A DNA stretch of 64,000 nucleotides from Geopsychrobacteraceae bacterium (GTDB lineage: Bacteria; Desulfobacterota; Desulfuromonadia; Desulfuromonadales; Geopsychrobacteraceae): positions 1,248,001-1,312,000 of the forward strand of contig OY759353.1 in NCBI GenBank assembly GCA_963662315.1, written 5' to 3'. Within the stretch, counting starts at the first letter, position 1. The number at the start of each line of letters is the position of its first letter. Below the pieces are notes generated by a model. It worked only from the letters and a program-made list of their open reading frames with translations, did not search any database and was not told where the DNA came from. Shown one piece after another: positions 1 to 11,086 of this stretch. The position numbers were made by a program, and so were the translations under genes.

Positions 1-93
1 AGCAAGTGCTGAAACTAAAAGCATCCATTTAAATGGGAAAATATAGCGAATCAGACGGTGATATATTTGACTATTTTTAGCGTTTAGAAACAT
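1..93 (-). CDS. msbA: N-terminus of probable lipid A export ABC transporter (runs off the window edge)
   Basis: ATG at 93 (minus) gives MFLNAKNSQIYHRLIRYIFPFKWMLLVSALA with no stop; resembles the MsbA N-terminal 'Y.RL..Y..P' segment and follows lpxB. Only 31 codons visible. Confidence 0.55.
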   Translation of the reverse strand, partial: MFLNAKNSQIYHRLIRYIFPFKWMLLVSALA

Positions 94-114
94 AGAGGCC
101 TTTAAAACCTGGCG

Positions 115-1278
115 TTAGTATTTAATCAGATCATGAATCATGTCAGCTACCTTTTCGGAGCAACCTGGTTGCCCGAGGAGCAGTTTTACATCATACAGAT
201 TATTTTTCATTTTCTCTGCATAATCTTTATCATCCAGCAAACGATCAATTTCCTTTTTTAAAGCAGATGGGTTAGCCTCATTCTGAATAAATTCTCTAAC
301 GATCCCTTTTCCGGCAACAATATTGGTTAATCCTGCGTAGGGTATTTTGATCAGTTGTTTACCGATCGCATAACTTAATGGAGCAACTTTATAAAGAATA
401 ACCATTGGAGTGCCAACCAGAGCAACTTGTAAAGTTACGGTCCCGGAAACACAGAGCACGACGTTACATGCAGCTGCGATATCGTAAATAGTCGCGTCAG
501 GCAAGTGTACAGGCAAACCAGATAACTGAATTTTCCGGACGAAAAAATCTCTATCTAAAGAAGGCGCAACAGGAAGAATAAACTGTACCTCAGGCCTTTC
601 TTGATGAATCAGCCTGGCAGTATCCAAAAGGGTATTGAAGATATACTTAACTTCTGAGTTACGACTACCAGGAAAGATCCCAATTAATTCAGTAAGGTCC
701 GATATCCCAAGATTGCTGCGCACATCTGTTCTTTTATCAGCACAGCTAAAGTACTCATCCAGTAGAGGATTGCCAACATATGTCGCATTACTTCCAAAAG
801 GACGAAAAATTTCGGGTTCAAACGGAAAAATCACAGCGAGCCTATCTGTGTTTTCGGCAATGGTCTTGGCCCGTTTTTTCCGCCAGGCCCAAACCTTAGG
901 GGTAATATAATACAGGACCGAAACCCCGGCAGCTTTCGCCACTTTGGCCAAGCGCAGGTTAAAATCGGGGAAGTCGATCAGCACAAGAGCATCAGGAGCG
1001 TTCTCTCCCCGCAACTCCGTTTTAATTTGTTTAAATCGCCGAATAATCTTGTGAAGCTGTCCAAATACCTCAAACAAACCCATAACTGCGAGTTCATCTG
1101 AAGAAAATAACAGATTGCACCCTGCCTGTGCCATTTTTTGGCCGCCAACGCCGTAAAATGACACATCAGGATACTTGGCGCGCGCAGCTCTAATCAAATT
1201 GCTGCCATGCAGATCACCTGAGGCCTCGCCGGCAACAATCATAATTCGTTTGGACTGTGTGGAGCTTTTATTATTCAT
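115..1278 (-). CDS. lpxB: Lipid-A-disaccharide synthase
   Basis: AGEASGDLHG, IDFPDFN, PKVWAWR, PGSRNSE and SGTVTL motifs; lpx operon context. Confidence 0.97.
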   Translation of the reverse strand: MNNKSSTQSKRIMIVAGEASGDLHGSNLIRAARAKYPDVSFYGVGGQKMAQAGCNLLFSSDELAVMGLFEVFGQLHKIIRRFKQIKTELRGENAPDALVLIDFPDFNLRLAKVAKAAGVSVLYYITPKVWAWRKKRAKTIAENTDRLAVIFPFEPEIFRPFGSNATYVGNPLLDEYFSCADKRTDVRSNLGISDLTELIGIFPGSRNSEVKYIFNTLLDTARLIHQERPEVQFILPVAPSLDRDFFVRKIQLSGLPVHLPDATIYDIAAACNVVLCVSGTVTLQVALVGTPMVILYKVAPLSYAIGKQLIKIPYAGLTNIVAGKGIVREFIQNEANPSALKKEIDRLLDDKDYAEKMKNNLYDVKLLLGQPGCSEKVADMIHDLIKY

Positions 1279-1293
1279 ATTTCATACAGTTCT

Positions 1294-1327
1294 AAAAAAA
1301 CAAAAGGCGAGAGCCAAGGACTCTCGC
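1294..1327 (-). terminator. Probable intrinsic terminator between lpxA and lpxB
   Basis: Stem GCGAGAG/CTCTCGC (1307-1327), followed on the minus strand by CTTTTGTTTTTTT. Confidence 0.55.
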
Positions 1328-1360
1328 ATATTTTGTTTCAACACATGTACCCGTTCTTTC

Positions 1361-2134
1361 TTAGCGCGCCAGACCACGTGAGCTTTGCTTTAGAAATCTC
1401 AAATAAGTAGCAACTTCCGGCGCCGCCGCATCGTACTGAGCTTCGATCTGACTGATTGCCTCTTCCAGCTTAAGGTTTGAACGGAACACAAGCTTGTACA
1501 TATTTTTGATATTCGACAAAGCTTCAGCGGAAAAGCCCCTGCGCTTCAATCCTGTAAGATTGATGCCAACCGTTTTGGCCCGATCACCTTGAACAATGGA
1601 ATAAGGAGCAATGTCCTGGGCAATCATTGAACCGCCACTGATCATGACATGGCAGCCAATCCGGGTGAACTGATGAGCTCCACTCAAACCACCCATAATT
1701 GCAAAATCATCAATTTCACAATGGCCAGCCAAGGTAGCTCCGTTGGCAAGAATAACATGATTCCCAACCCTGCAATCATGAGCGACATGGGAGTATGCCA
1801 TGAACAGACCATCATCTCCGATAATCGTTTCGCCACCTCCATCTTCCGTTCCTAAGTGAATGGTCACAAACTCACGAATCCGGTTACGATCACCGATCTT
1901 CAACGTTGTTTCTTCACCATGAAATTTCAGATCCTGAGGAATGGCCCCGACAGAAGCGAACTGGAAAATCTGATTATCACAACCGATCTCCGTACGCCCT
2001 TCAATGACAGCATGAGGACCAACCGTGGTCCCCGCACCGATTTTGACATGCTCACCAATGACAGCATAAGCCCCGACCTGAACACTAGCATCAATTTCTG
2101 CCCCCGGGGAAATGATTGCTGTTGGATGAATCAT
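1361..2134 (-). CDS. lpxA: Acyl-ACP--UDP-N-acetylglucosamine O-acyltransferase
   Basis: MIHPTAII start, hexapeptide repeats, PQDLKF, HVAHDC, GLKRRGF. Confidence 0.97.
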   Translation of the reverse strand: MIHPTAIISPGAEIDASVQVGAYAVIGEHVKIGAGTTVGPHAVIEGRTEIGCDNQIFQFASVGAIPQDLKFHGEETTLKIGDRNRIREFVTIHLGTEDGGGETIIGDDGLFMAYSHVAHDCRVGNHVILANGATLAGHCEIDDFAIMGGLSGAHQFTRIGCHVMISGGSMIAQDIAPYSIVQGDRAKTVGINLTGLKRRGFSAEALSNIKNMYKLVFRSNLKLEEAISQIEAQYDAAAPEVATYLRFLKQSSRGLAR

Positions 2135-2149
2135 AATAGCTCCATTCTT

Positions 2150-2587
2150 TTATTTATCCGCAAAGGTAGCCTTAAGGGAAGCCTCTGCAACAAGGCTCTC
2201 GCCGACGTAAGCCTTACCAAGAAACTGGTAAATTCCTCTACGCTTGGAAACAAGCTCCATTTCCATCCGTAGAACATCACCTGGCAATACGGGTTTACGG
2301 AATTTTGCATTATCAATGCCAACAAAGTAAGTAACCTTATTATCAGGAATCCCGTCAGCAACTGAGACATAGGCGCCTCCCACCTGAGCCATGGCTTCGA
2401 TTATCAGCACACCAGGCATAATGGGGTGTCCGGGGAAATGTCCCTGAAAAAATGGCTCATTGATAGTGACATTTTTATAGCCGTTAGCTTTTTTACCCTC
2501 TTCAACTTCTTCGATCCGATCAACCAGCAGAAAAGGATAACGGTGTGGCAGAATCTCCATTATTTGTTGAATATTTAAAACAATCAT
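2150..2587 (-). CDS. fabZ: 3-hydroxyacyl-ACP dehydratase
   Basis: LPHRYPFLLVDR and FFQGHFPGHPIMPGVLIIEAMAQ. Confidence 0.98.
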   Translation of the reverse strand: MIVLNIQQIMEILPHRYPFLLVDRIEEVEEGKKANGYKNVTINEPFFQGHFPGHPIMPGVLIIEAMAQVGGAYVSVADGIPDNKVTYFVGIDNAKFRKPVLPGDVLRMEMELVSKRRGIYQFLGKAYVGESLVAEASLKATFADK

Positions 2588-3619
2588 TTAACTCTCCTTT
2601 AAAAAACCTTCAAGTTGCTCAAGACGTTTTTTTAACTGAGCCATTTCCTTCCGCATTTCAGGCAGCTTAGGCAGAGTCATTGTCGCCCGCAACCATTCTT
2701 TATGAGGCATAAGCGGAACGCCTGACAGAACCTGGTCTGATTCGACATTTCCACTAACACCGGAGCGAGCTCCAAGCATCACATTGTCACCCACCTTAAG
2801 ATGACCGGCAATAGCAGTCTGTCCACCAAAAGTGCAATGGTTACCAACCCTGGAACTGCCGGCAATACCAACCTGAGCAACAATAACGCAGTCTTCACCA
2901 ATCTCGACATTATGACCGATCTGAATCAGATTATCGAGTTTGGTTCCACGCCGGATGCGGGTTTCCCCTAAAGCAGCACGGTCAATGCAGCTACAGGACC
3001 CGATTTCAACATCATCTTCCAACACAACAATTCCGACCTGCGGAATCTTATAGTAAGATGATCCGTCCGGGGCAAAACCGAACCCGTCAGACCCAATTAC
3101 TGCCGAAGGCTGCAAAATGACACGATGTCCGAGTTTACACCCTTCACGAACAATGGCCTGAGCATGAAGGATACAATCATTCCCGATTTGAACATCATCA
3201 TAAACAACAACACCTGCATAAAGGGTCGTTCCAGCGCCGATAGTCACATTCTCGCCAACGACACTTCCGGGATAGATGGATACCCCGGCCCCGATTTTAG
3301 CGGATTCTGCAACAACAGCACCAGGCATAATCCCTTTCGCGGGACGCTCAGGGACCTGAAGGTATGAAAGAATTCGGGCAAAAGCCAGATAAGGATTGAC
3401 GCAACGAATAACGTTGCGCCCAACCGCCTCAATACCGGGCGGCAGAATAACCGCAGAGGCCTGACTGTCTTTCAGCCGAGCAAGGTATTTCGGGTTTGCA
3501 ACAAAGGTAATATCTCCGACCCCTGCGTAGTCTATCGGCAACACCCGATTGACCTCGACGCTGGAATCGCCTTCCAGCTCACCACCGACGAGAGCCGCCA
3601 ATTCCTGTAGTTTAGCCAT
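2588..3619 (-). CDS. lpxD: UDP-3-O-(3-hydroxyacyl)glucosamine N-acyltransferase
   Basis: Hexapeptide repeats, [18 protein letters not shown]. Confidence 0.97.
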   Translation of the reverse strand: MAKLQELAALVGGELEGDSSVEVNRVLPIDYAGVGDITFVANPKYLARLKDSQASAVILPPGIEAVGRNVIRCVNPYLAFARILSYLQVPERPAKGIMPGAVVAESAKIGAGVSIYPGSVVGENVTIGAGTTLYAGVVVYDDVQIGNDCILHAQAIVREGCKLGHRVILQPSAVIGSDGFGFAPDGSSYYKIPQVGIVVLEDDVEIGSCSCIDRAALGETRIRRGTKLDNLIQIGHNVEIGEDCVIVAQVGIAGSSRVGNHCTFGGQTAIAGHLKVGDNVMLGARSGVSGNVESDQVLSGVPLMPHKEWLRATMTLPKLPEMRKEMAQLKKRLEQLEGFLKES

Positions 3620-3630
3620 AAAGTTATCCG

Positions 3631-4137
3631 TTACTTTTTGGCGTCGTATAGCTTAACGAGCTGATCAGTCAGGTCTATTGATTCATCAGCAAAAATAACC
3701 GCACCTTCATTCTTTTCAAGAATCATGGTGTACTGGCCATCCTTGCCAATAGTTTTAAGAGTTTCAAATAGTTCATTCAGAATACGTTTGGTATGATCAG
3801 CATCTTTCTGTTGCAATTCCTCTTTGACGTCTTTTTGAAAACGCTGCAGCTCTTTGACTTCCTGTTGGTATTCCCGTTCTTTATCTTTGCGTGCATCTGC
3901 AGACAATAACGAGGCCTGCTTTTCAAGATTATTTTTTAATTTCAGAAGATTTTCCTGCTTGCCCTTAAATTCACCTTCATACTTCTTAACCAGAGAGCTG
4001 ATAGTATTTTTCGCGTCTTTTCCAGCCTTACAGGTATTAAGAGCCTTCTGAAGGTCGACATAACCAACTTTTAATTCAGCAAAAGCCGGCGCGGCCATTA
4101 ACATAATAGCAAGTGCAATCAAAACAATTCTTTTCAT
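3631..4137 (-). CDS. skp: OmpH/Skp periplasmic chaperone
   Basis: Signal peptide, KVGYVDLQ, long coiled coil, IDLTDQLVK; sits between bamA and lpxD. Confidence 0.93.
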   Translation of the reverse strand: MKRIVLIALAIMLMAAPAFAELKVGYVDLQKALNTCKAGKDAKNTISSLVKKYEGEFKGKQENLLKLKNNLEKQASLLSADARKDKEREYQQEVKELQRFQKDVKEELQQKDADHTKRILNELFETLKTIGKDGQYTMILEKNEGAVIFADESIDLTDQLVKLYDAKK

Positions 4138-4160
4138 TATAAACTCCTGTAGAAATTTGG

Positions 4161-6392
4161 TTAAAATGCTCTACCAATTGAAAATTCAAAAACGGATGAT
4201 TTTTCGCCAGGGTAACGATCGAGATTGTAGCCCCATTCAAAGCGTAATGGTCCAAGAGGACTCAACCAACGAATTCCGGCACCGACACTATGCCGCATTT
4301 CATCGAAATAATCCTGTGACTCGTACCAGGCATTCCCAGTGTCATAAAACAGCACCCCTTTAAGACCGAGCTCCTTATCGATAGGGAAAATATATTCCAG
4401 GTTGAAATAGGCCATTTTCTCACCGCCGATATAATCGTCATCGACAACAGGCCCAACTTCACGGGACTTGAAACCTCTTAAGGTTCTGATCCCACCAAGG
4501 AAGAACTTTTCACTCAAAGGAACAGGCTCATCCGAGGTTCGACCAATGTATCCAACAGCTCCATGAACAGAGAAAACGGTTCCCCAGAACATGGGGAAAA
4601 AGTGCCTGTGCTCTGCCATAGGCTTAATAAAATGTTGAGTCCCCCCAAGCCCGGCAAATTCTATACTGAGCGTGGTGATACCACCACTGGTCGGATCCTG
4701 ATAATTGTCAGTGGTTTTACGCACCCATTCGGCAGTAATTGATGAGAGAGTAGACTCGCCTTCAGCATCTTTAATAATGATTGAAGCATCATCATCGACA
4801 TTGAGGATTTCCTGCACCTCATACCGATAGGTCAGAAACAGTTTGGAATTTTCGGTAACCGGATGCCCTCCTCTTAGAGCCCCGCCGGTACGATAATCAT
4901 CATAACTGCTGTATTCCCGCTCCGATTTGTAAAGCTCAATTCCTGCAGTCCAGTCCGTGTCCAAAAAGTGTGGATCGGAAAATCCGAGACTGTAAGTCAG
5001 GCTCGAAGCACTCACTGCACCGCTCAGGTTCATTTTCACCCCATAGCCAAAAAGATTATCCTGAGATATCGATCCCTGGGCAATGACCTTATCGACGGAG
5101 GAGTAACCCATCCCGATAGAAAAAGTACCTGTCGGTTTCTCGGCCACACTAACGTCAAGGACAGCCTTGTCTGCATCAGACCCAGGCTTGTCAATTAGGT
5201 TAACTTCATCAAAAAAACCAAGATTTCGGATATTACGATTGGCCGCTTTGATCTTACTGGCGCTGTATAGTTCACCCTCCTTGATTGGTATTTCCCGACG
5301 AATAACCTTGTCACGCGTTGTACTGTTTCCGCGTACCACAATTTTTTCAATATAAATTTGCCGCCCCTGGTCGATATCCAGATTCAGATCGATGACGCGG
5401 GTTTCCTGATTTTTATGCGGCAGTGGAGAAACGTTCGCATAGGCGTATCCATTATCCGCATACAGATCAGTTAAAGCCAGAATACTGTTCCGCAGTTCCA
5501 AACGACTGAAAACGTCACCCGGCTTCAGTTTAAGCAGAGCTAGAAGATCCGCCTTGTCACGCATCAGATCGCCCGAGATATCGATAGTCCCGACATGGTA
5601 AAGCGGTCCTTCATCAATTTCAATGAGGACATCCAGATACTCATCATTGACCAAGGATACCTGAGCAGGAGACACCTTGACATCCTGATAGCCAACATCC
5701 TGATAAGCGGCTTTGATCCGCTCAAGATCGATATCCATGATATCTTCCTGGTAAGCACCGCGACCGGTTAACCAGGACAACCACCAACGTTCGCGCGTTT
5801 CTATTTTGTCGAGCAGTTCATCTTTATCAAAAACAGTATTACCAACGAATTTCAGGTCTTTGATCAATACCTTTTCACCTTCATTAATGGAAAATTCCAG
5901 AGTGGCCTCGTTATTAATGTCGGTTTTAAGATCTGTAGTGATTTTTACAGCGTGATAGCCTTCTTCAATATAGTTTTTCTTAAGTTCTTCAATGCTTTTA
6001 TCTATTTTATCCTGATTAAAGAGGGAAGGCGTACGTAATTTCAGTAACGGCCGCAACTTTTCTTCTTTTAATTCGTCATTACCGGAGAAAACGATGCGTC
6101 TGACCAGTGGCAACTCAGTGACAACAAAAGTGACAATTTTAGCACCCTGAACTTCGGTTAATTCCGCAGACACATCACTAAAACTGCCCATCTGAAAAAT
6201 CCGGTGAATGGCGGTATCAATCTCAGACATCGACACATCAGAACCGGCACTAAGCTGTACAGCTGCCATAATAGCCGAGGTCGCTATACGGTCGTTACCT
6301 TCGATCTGAATATCTGAAACCTTGGAAGTCTGTGCAAAAACGCTGGTTGCAAAAAAGATCAGAACAAAAGCACATAACAATTGTTTCAACAT
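4161..6392 (-). CDS. bamA: Outer membrane protein assembly factor BamA
   Basis: POTRA repeats (GNSTTRDKVIRRE), LRGF motif, SPLGPLRF, C-terminal Phe. Confidence 0.97.
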   Translation of the reverse strand: MLKQLLCAFVLIFFATSVFAQTSKVSDIQIEGNDRIATSAIMAAVQLSAGSDVSMSEIDTAIHRIFQMGSFSDVSAELTEVQGAKIVTFVVTELPLVRRIVFSGNDELKEEKLRPLLKLRTPSLFNQDKIDKSIEELKKNYIEEGYHAVKITTDLKTDINNEATLEFSINEGEKVLIKDLKFVGNTVFDKDELLDKIETRERWWLSWLTGRGAYQEDIMDIDLERIKAAYQDVGYQDVKVSPAQVSLVNDEYLDVLIEIDEGPLYHVGTIDISGDLMRDKADLLALLKLKPGDVFSRLELRNSILALTDLYADNGYAYANVSPLPHKNQETRVIDLNLDIDQGRQIYIEKIVVRGNSTTRDKVIRREIPIKEGELYSASKIKAANRNIRNLGFFDEVNLIDKPGSDADKAVLDVSVAEKPTGTFSIGMGYSSVDKVIAQGSISQDNLFGYGVKMNLSGAVSASSLTYSLGFSDPHFLDTDWTAGIELYKSEREYSSYDDYRTGGALRGGHPVTENSKLFLTYRYEVQEILNVDDDASIIIKDAEGESTLSSITAEWVRKTTDNYQDPTSGGITTLSIEFAGLGGTQHFIKPMAEHRHFFPMFWGTVFSVHGAVGYIGRTSDEPVPLSEKFFLGGIRTLRGFKSREVGPVVDDDYIGGEKMAYFNLEYIFPIDKELGLKGVLFYDTGNAWYESQDYFDEMRHSVGAGIRWLSPLGPLRFEWGYNLDRYPGEKSSVFEFSIGRAF

Positions 6393-6455
6393 GAAAGGCC
6401 CTCGACAATAATTTGAAAATAGAATCGGAGATTATAGGAGAACATCACCGTAACA

Positions 6456-7148
6456 TCAATTTAAAATATCTCCGACCAGCCTACCATCTTCAATTAATAA
6501 CACGCGGTCCAGACTCCTGGCCAAAGCCTGATTGTGAGTCACAATAACCATAGTCAGCCCGCGCTTCTCATGAATCAGGTTGAGCAAAGCCATAATTTCG
6601 TCGGAGGTCCGGCTATCGAGATTGCCCGTCGGTTCATCTGCCAGTAACAGTTTTGGCTCAAGCACCAGAGCTCTGGCGATGGCGACGCGTTGCTGCTCCC
6701 CCCCCGATAATGCCCCAGGTTTATGATTGAGACGCTCCTGAAGACCAACCTCAGCCAGCACTTTACTGGCCAAAGATGCAGCATCCTTATGTTTTTTTCC
6801 ACTGATCAGGAGCGGCATCATGACATTTTCCAGGGCACTGAATTCAGGTAACAGCTGATGAAATTGGAATACAAAGCCAATCGCCTGATTACGGAATTTA
6901 TCAAGGGTAACCCCGCGCAATGCATATATATCCTGTCCTTCGAACAGAACCTCTCCTCCGGAAGGATGATCCAGCCCGCCGAGCAGATGCATCAAGGTGG
7001 TTTTACCAGCGCCGGAGGTGCCCACAATCGCCACCCGCTCACCCTGGGCAATTTCAAGGTCAACCTCACGCAAGACCTGAATAACACGTTCAGCCGTGTC
7101 ATAGGATTTATCCAGTTTCCGCGTCTGGATAAGCACTGACTTACTCAT
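6456..7148 (-). CDS. lolD: Lipoprotein-releasing ABC transporter ATPase
   Basis: Walker [36 protein letters not shown]. Confidence 0.95.
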   Translation of the reverse strand: MSKSVLIQTRKLDKSYDTAERVIQVLREVDLEIAQGERVAIVGTSGAGKTTLMHLLGGLDHPSGGEVLFEGQDIYALRGVTLDKFRNQAIGFVFQFHQLLPEFSALENVMMPLLISGKKHKDAASLASKVLAEVGLQERLNHKPGALSGGEQQRVAIARALVLEPKLLLADEPTGNLDSRTSDEIMALLNLIHEKRGLTMVIVTHNQALARSLDRVLLIEDGRLVGDILN

Positions 7149-8391
7149 AACGTAACGCCTCTGCCGGATCCATGCGCGACGCTCGCCAGGCCGGATAAAT
7201 GGTCGCCAGAAGACAAATGAGCATCGCCATAATCATGACCGCAACCACATCACTGGCAATAATCTGAGCCGGAAAATGCTCCATCCCATAAACCGCCTGG
7301 TCAAAAATACGGATATGAAAAGTTCTTTCCAGGTATTTAATAATACTGTCAGCATAATGGGCTAACGAGATCCCCAAAAGGCTGCCGATCCCAGTCCCTA
7401 AACAGCCTATTATCAGACCTTCCAGCATAAAGATTTTCATAATGCTGCGGGCATTGGCCCCCATTGCCCGCAAAATGGCAATATCGCGGCTTTTTTCCAT
7501 GACCACCATGATCAGGGTCGTTGCGATATTAAATGCGGCAACCAACACAATAATACCGAGCACAATAAACAGGCCCAGTTTTTCAAGTTTAAGCGCCGAA
7601 AGAAACGATCCATACAACGACTGCCATGGCCGAATGACATAAGGAAAACCGAACGCTTCAACCAATTTCTGAGCAACCTGAGGGGCACGGTCAAACAGAT
7701 CCACTTCAATTTCAATACCGCTGAGCAGGCCTTTTGAATCGAAAAAAGTCTGGGCTATGGAAAGCGGAATATAGGCATAAAAACTGTCAACAAGACTGCT
7801 TTGTTTCTGAAAAATAGCAATCACCCGAAATGGCTTCATTTTTGGAATCATGCCAAATGGGGTGATGGTAAACAATGGGGGAATAACATTAACAGTATCC
7901 CCGACAGCCACCCCCAAATTGGTCGCGGTATCAAGACCAATAATGATTCCGGGAACAGACGCATCGACAGAGGTAAACCACTTATCGGCAGGAGTATCAT
8001 CAACGGTGAGTAATTTCTGCTTAAAGATCTTGTGATCCGCAGCGACCCCTTTGACATTGACGGCAGCAACATTCCCCTTGGAAAGCAACATGGCTTCCTT
8101 CGCAACAAAAGGAGCTACAGAAATAACGTGAGGCATATCCTGGGCCGCGGCGATGATAGCATCCGCATCCTTAATACCACTACCAAAACTTTGAACCAGA
8201 ACATGGGGAACATTGCCGAGGATCTGCCGGCGGACACCGTCAGTAAACCCTGTCATTACTGCCAATACCAAAATCAACGCAGCAACCCCCAAGCTAACCC
8301 CGGCAACCGATATAAAAGAAATGACAGAAATGAACGTCTGCTTCCGTTTGGCACGCAGATAACGGAAGCTGATAAACCACTCGTAAGACAT
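7141..8391 (-). CDS. lolE: Lipoprotein-releasing ABC transporter permease (single LolC/E-family gene)
   Basis: RYLRAKRKQTFIS, VAAFNI...[22 protein letters not shown]. Confidence 0.93.
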   Translation of the reverse strand: MSYEWFISFRYLRAKRKQTFISVISFISVAGVSLGVAALILVLAVMTGFTDGVRRQILGNVPHVLVQSFGSGIKDADAIIAAAQDMPHVISVAPFVAKEAMLLSKGNVAAVNVKGVAADHKIFKQKLLTVDDTPADKWFTSVDASVPGIIIGLDTATNLGVAVGDTVNVIPPLFTITPFGMIPKMKPFRVIAIFQKQSSLVDSFYAYIPLSIAQTFFDSKGLLSGIEIEVDLFDRAPQVAQKLVEAFGFPYVIRPWQSLYGSFLSALKLEKLGLFIVLGIIVLVAAFNIATTLIMVVMEKSRDIAILRAMGANARSIMKIFMLEGLIIGCLGTGIGSLLGISLAHYADSIIKYLERTFHIRIFDQAVYGMEHFPAQIIASDVVAVMIMAMLICLLATIYPAWRASRMDPAEALRYE

Positions 8392-8581
8392 TAGCAGCCG
8401 CTTCGTATTGACAAGCTACCACCCAGGTCCACTTGAGTGGTAGCTTTTATGTTGGCAGATTGGAAAAGAGAATTCAAATGCCCCTGCCCCAAGCGCTGAA
8501 AAGATAAGTAAACATTTCAGTCTCGCACGTCGTGCTATGTTGCAGGAATTGAAAACAAATACCCTTTCCGGACACCTCAAA

Positions 8582-10066
8582 CTAAGATATTTCCGGTCGC
8601 ATCTGCGGAAACAAAATAACGTCACGGATAGAGGAAGAATTCGTCAACAGCATAACCAGACGGTCTATACCGATACCCTCTCCTGCCGTCGGAGCCAAAC
8701 CATATTCCAGAGCGCGGATATAGTCCTCATCCATCTCATGAGCTTCATCATCACCCTTAGCTTTTTCTTCAAGCTGCTTGACGAAGCGATCCTTCTGATC
8801 AATCGGATTATTCAGCTCAGAGAAGGCGTTAGCCAGTTCCCGTCCGACAATAAACAGCTCGAAACGATCGACAACTTCGGGATTCTCATCGTTTTTCCGC
8901 GACAAAGGCGATACTTCGGTCGGATATTCGGTAATAAAGGTCGGCTGCCACAACTGAGGCTCAGCGACCACATCAAAGAGCTCGGTGAGCAGCTTTCCAT
9001 GACCGATAGTACTATCAAGATCCAGGCCGAGACGCTTGGCATAGTTTAAACACTGATCAAAATCTTCAAGAGCTTCGAGAGAGATATCGCCGTATTTGAC
9101 AATCGCTTCACGCATTGTCAGGCGTTCCCACGGCGGGGTCAGATCGACGTCTTTGTCACCGTAAGGAATGACCTTGCTGCCACAAACCTGCTGAGCAATA
9201 TCACTGATCATCGTTTCGGTATAATCCATCAAATCATGATAAGTCGCATAGGCGCAGTAGAATTCCATCATGGTGAATTCAGGGTTATGCCGGATGGAGA
9301 TCCCTTCATTGCGGAAACTGCGATTGATCTCAAAGACTCGATCAAAGCCGCCAACGACCAGTCGCTTAAGATAAAGTTCAGGCGCAATACGCAGAAAAAG
9401 ATCCATCTTCAGGGTATTATGATGGGTCACAAAGGGCCTTGCCGTCGCTCCGCCGGCAACCGGTTGCAGCATGGGGGTTTCAACTTCAAGGTAATTATTT
9501 TTCATCATATGCTGACGGATCAGATTTACAATCTGACTCCGCTTACGAAAAACATCCCGGACTTCAGGATTTACAATCAAATCAAGATAACGCTGCCGAT
9601 AACGGGTTTCCACATCGGTCAACCCATGCCATTTTTCAGGAAGCGGAAGTAATGACTTCGTCAGTAATTTAATTTCTGCGGCACGCAATGAAAGTTCATT
9701 GGTCTTGGTTCGGAATGGCGCTCCGACAATACCGATAATATCGCCGATATCAAACTTCTTGAACAGTTCAAAAGCCTCATCACCAATCTGGTTTTTTGCC
9801 ACGTAAACCTGGATCCGGCCACTCCCGTCCTGAATCTGCAGAAAAGCCGCTTTACCGAAATCACGCCGAGCCATTATTCTACCGGCAATGCGATACTCAG
9901 CATGATACTCTTCGAGAGCAACCTGATCATCAGCTTCATGGGCAGCCATGATAATACCTGCATTACTGGTAACTTTAAAATCATTGGCAAAAGGATTAAC
10001 ACCAGCATCCAGGTAGCTGTCCAGTTTAGCCCGCCGCTGTTGCAATAAGTCGTTAAGTTCTTCCAT
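8582..10066 (-). CDS. lysS: Lysine--tRNA ligase (class II)
   Basis: YRQRYLDL, RIAPELYLKRL, FRNEG, HNPEFT, GIGIDRL. Confidence 0.99.
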   Translation of the reverse strand: MEELNDLLQQRRAKLDSYLDAGVNPFANDFKVTSNAGIIMAAHEADDQVALEEYHAEYRIAGRIMARRDFGKAAFLQIQDGSGRIQVYVAKNQIGDEAFELFKKFDIGDIIGIVGAPFRTKTNELSLRAAEIKLLTKSLLPLPEKWHGLTDVETRYRQRYLDLIVNPEVRDVFRKRSQIVNLIRQHMMKNNYLEVETPMLQPVAGGATARPFVTHHNTLKMDLFLRIAPELYLKRLVVGGFDRVFEINRSFRNEGISIRHNPEFTMMEFYCAYATYHDLMDYTETMISDIAQQVCGSKVIPYGDKDVDLTPPWERLTMREAIVKYGDISLEALEDFDQCLNYAKRLGLDLDSTIGHGKLLTELFDVVAEPQLWQPTFITEYPTEVSPLSRKNDENPEVVDRFELFIVGRELANAFSELNNPIDQKDRFVKQLEEKAKGDDEAHEMDEDYIRALEYGLAPTAGEGIGIDRLVMLLTNSSSIRDVILFPQMRPEIS

Positions 10067-10266
10067 TGTTCCAATCCTTATAGATAATTTGGTGACGCAC
10101 GATAACCCTTGCGTACCTGTTTCGTCAAGACCGAAAGCCCGTTCGGATCTGAGGCGCTATAAGTATGTATGGATTACAGTGTCAGCAGAAACGGCAGGAA
10201 TGGAGAAAAGTTGTCACAATAGGATATTTGTCACATTGAGGACGGTAAAAGTAGGAATCAAGCCCT

Positions 10267-11082
10267 TTAATTCTGACAATGCGGGCAATAAAACGTTGAA
10301 CGCTGACCGATGCGCTTTACACCCAAAGTCGCTCCACATTGCACACAGGGTTCACCACCTCGCCCGTAGACATCGAGCTGTTGTTTAAAATACCCGGGCT
10401 TTCCATCACTCTGCCTGAAATCACTGATCGTTGTCCCTCCCGCAATTATCGCTTTAGCAAGGACATCCTTAATCGCGTCAACCAGCCGGGAATAGCGTTG
10501 AAAACTTATTTGTCCTGCAGACCGAGACGGGAGAATACCGCTGTGAAACAGGGCTTCATTCGCATAGATATTACCGACCCCGACAACAACGGCCTGATCC
10601 ATGATAAAGGATTTTACGGCAATTCTTTTACCTTGTGCCCTTTGATAAAGATAGGCTCCGTTAAAATCATCACTTAGGGGCTCAGGTCCAAGATGCTCAA
10701 GCAGTTTATGTTGCCAGGGATTTTCTTTTAAAAATAGAAAAATTCCAAACTTTCTGGGATCACTAAAGCGCAGGCAAGTGCTGTCAGTAAAGATAACATC
10801 GACATGATCGTGTTTATGTTCTGTTGTAGCGGCCGGGACGATCTTCAATACGCCTGTCATCCCCAGATGAATCGCAATAGTACCAGAGCTTAAGGTCAAC
10901 AGCAGGTATTTGGCACGTCGAAACACGTTCAGAACGTGCTGCCCGGCAAGCTGTTCCGGCACTTTTGGATCAAGAGGAAGGCGCAGCTTTGTGGTTCTGA
11001 AAACAACCTCAAGAATCTGCTTGCCAACAATATGAGGACGTATGCCCTGCAATACGGTTTCGACTTCAGGAAGTTCCGGCAT
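10267..11082 (-). CDS. mutM: Formamidopyrimidine-DNA glycosylase (Fpg)
   Basis: True start MPELPEVE at 11082 (the ORF track over-extends upstream); HLGMTG, GVGNIYANE, C-terminal zinc finger CVQC...CPHCQ. Confidence 0.97.
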   Translation of the reverse strand: MPELPEVETVLQGIRPHIVGKQILEVVFRTTKLRLPLDPKVPEQLAGQHVLNVFRRAKYLLLTLSSGTIAIHLGMTGVLKIVPAATTEHKHDHVDVIFTDSTCLRFSDPRKFGIFLFLKENPWQHKLLEHLGPEPLSDDFNGAYLYQRAQGKRIAVKSFIMDQAVVVGVGNIYANEALFHSGILPSRSAGQISFQRYSRLVDAIKDVLAKAIIAGGTTISDFRQSDGKPGYFKQQLDVYGRGGEPCVQCGATLGVKRIGQRSTFYCPHCQN

Positions 11083-11086
11083 TTCA

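Noticed and set aside
10211..10235. TTGTCACA direct repeat upstream of lysS as a Pho box
   Set aside because: The period is 17 nt rather than 11 nt; nothing else supports it.
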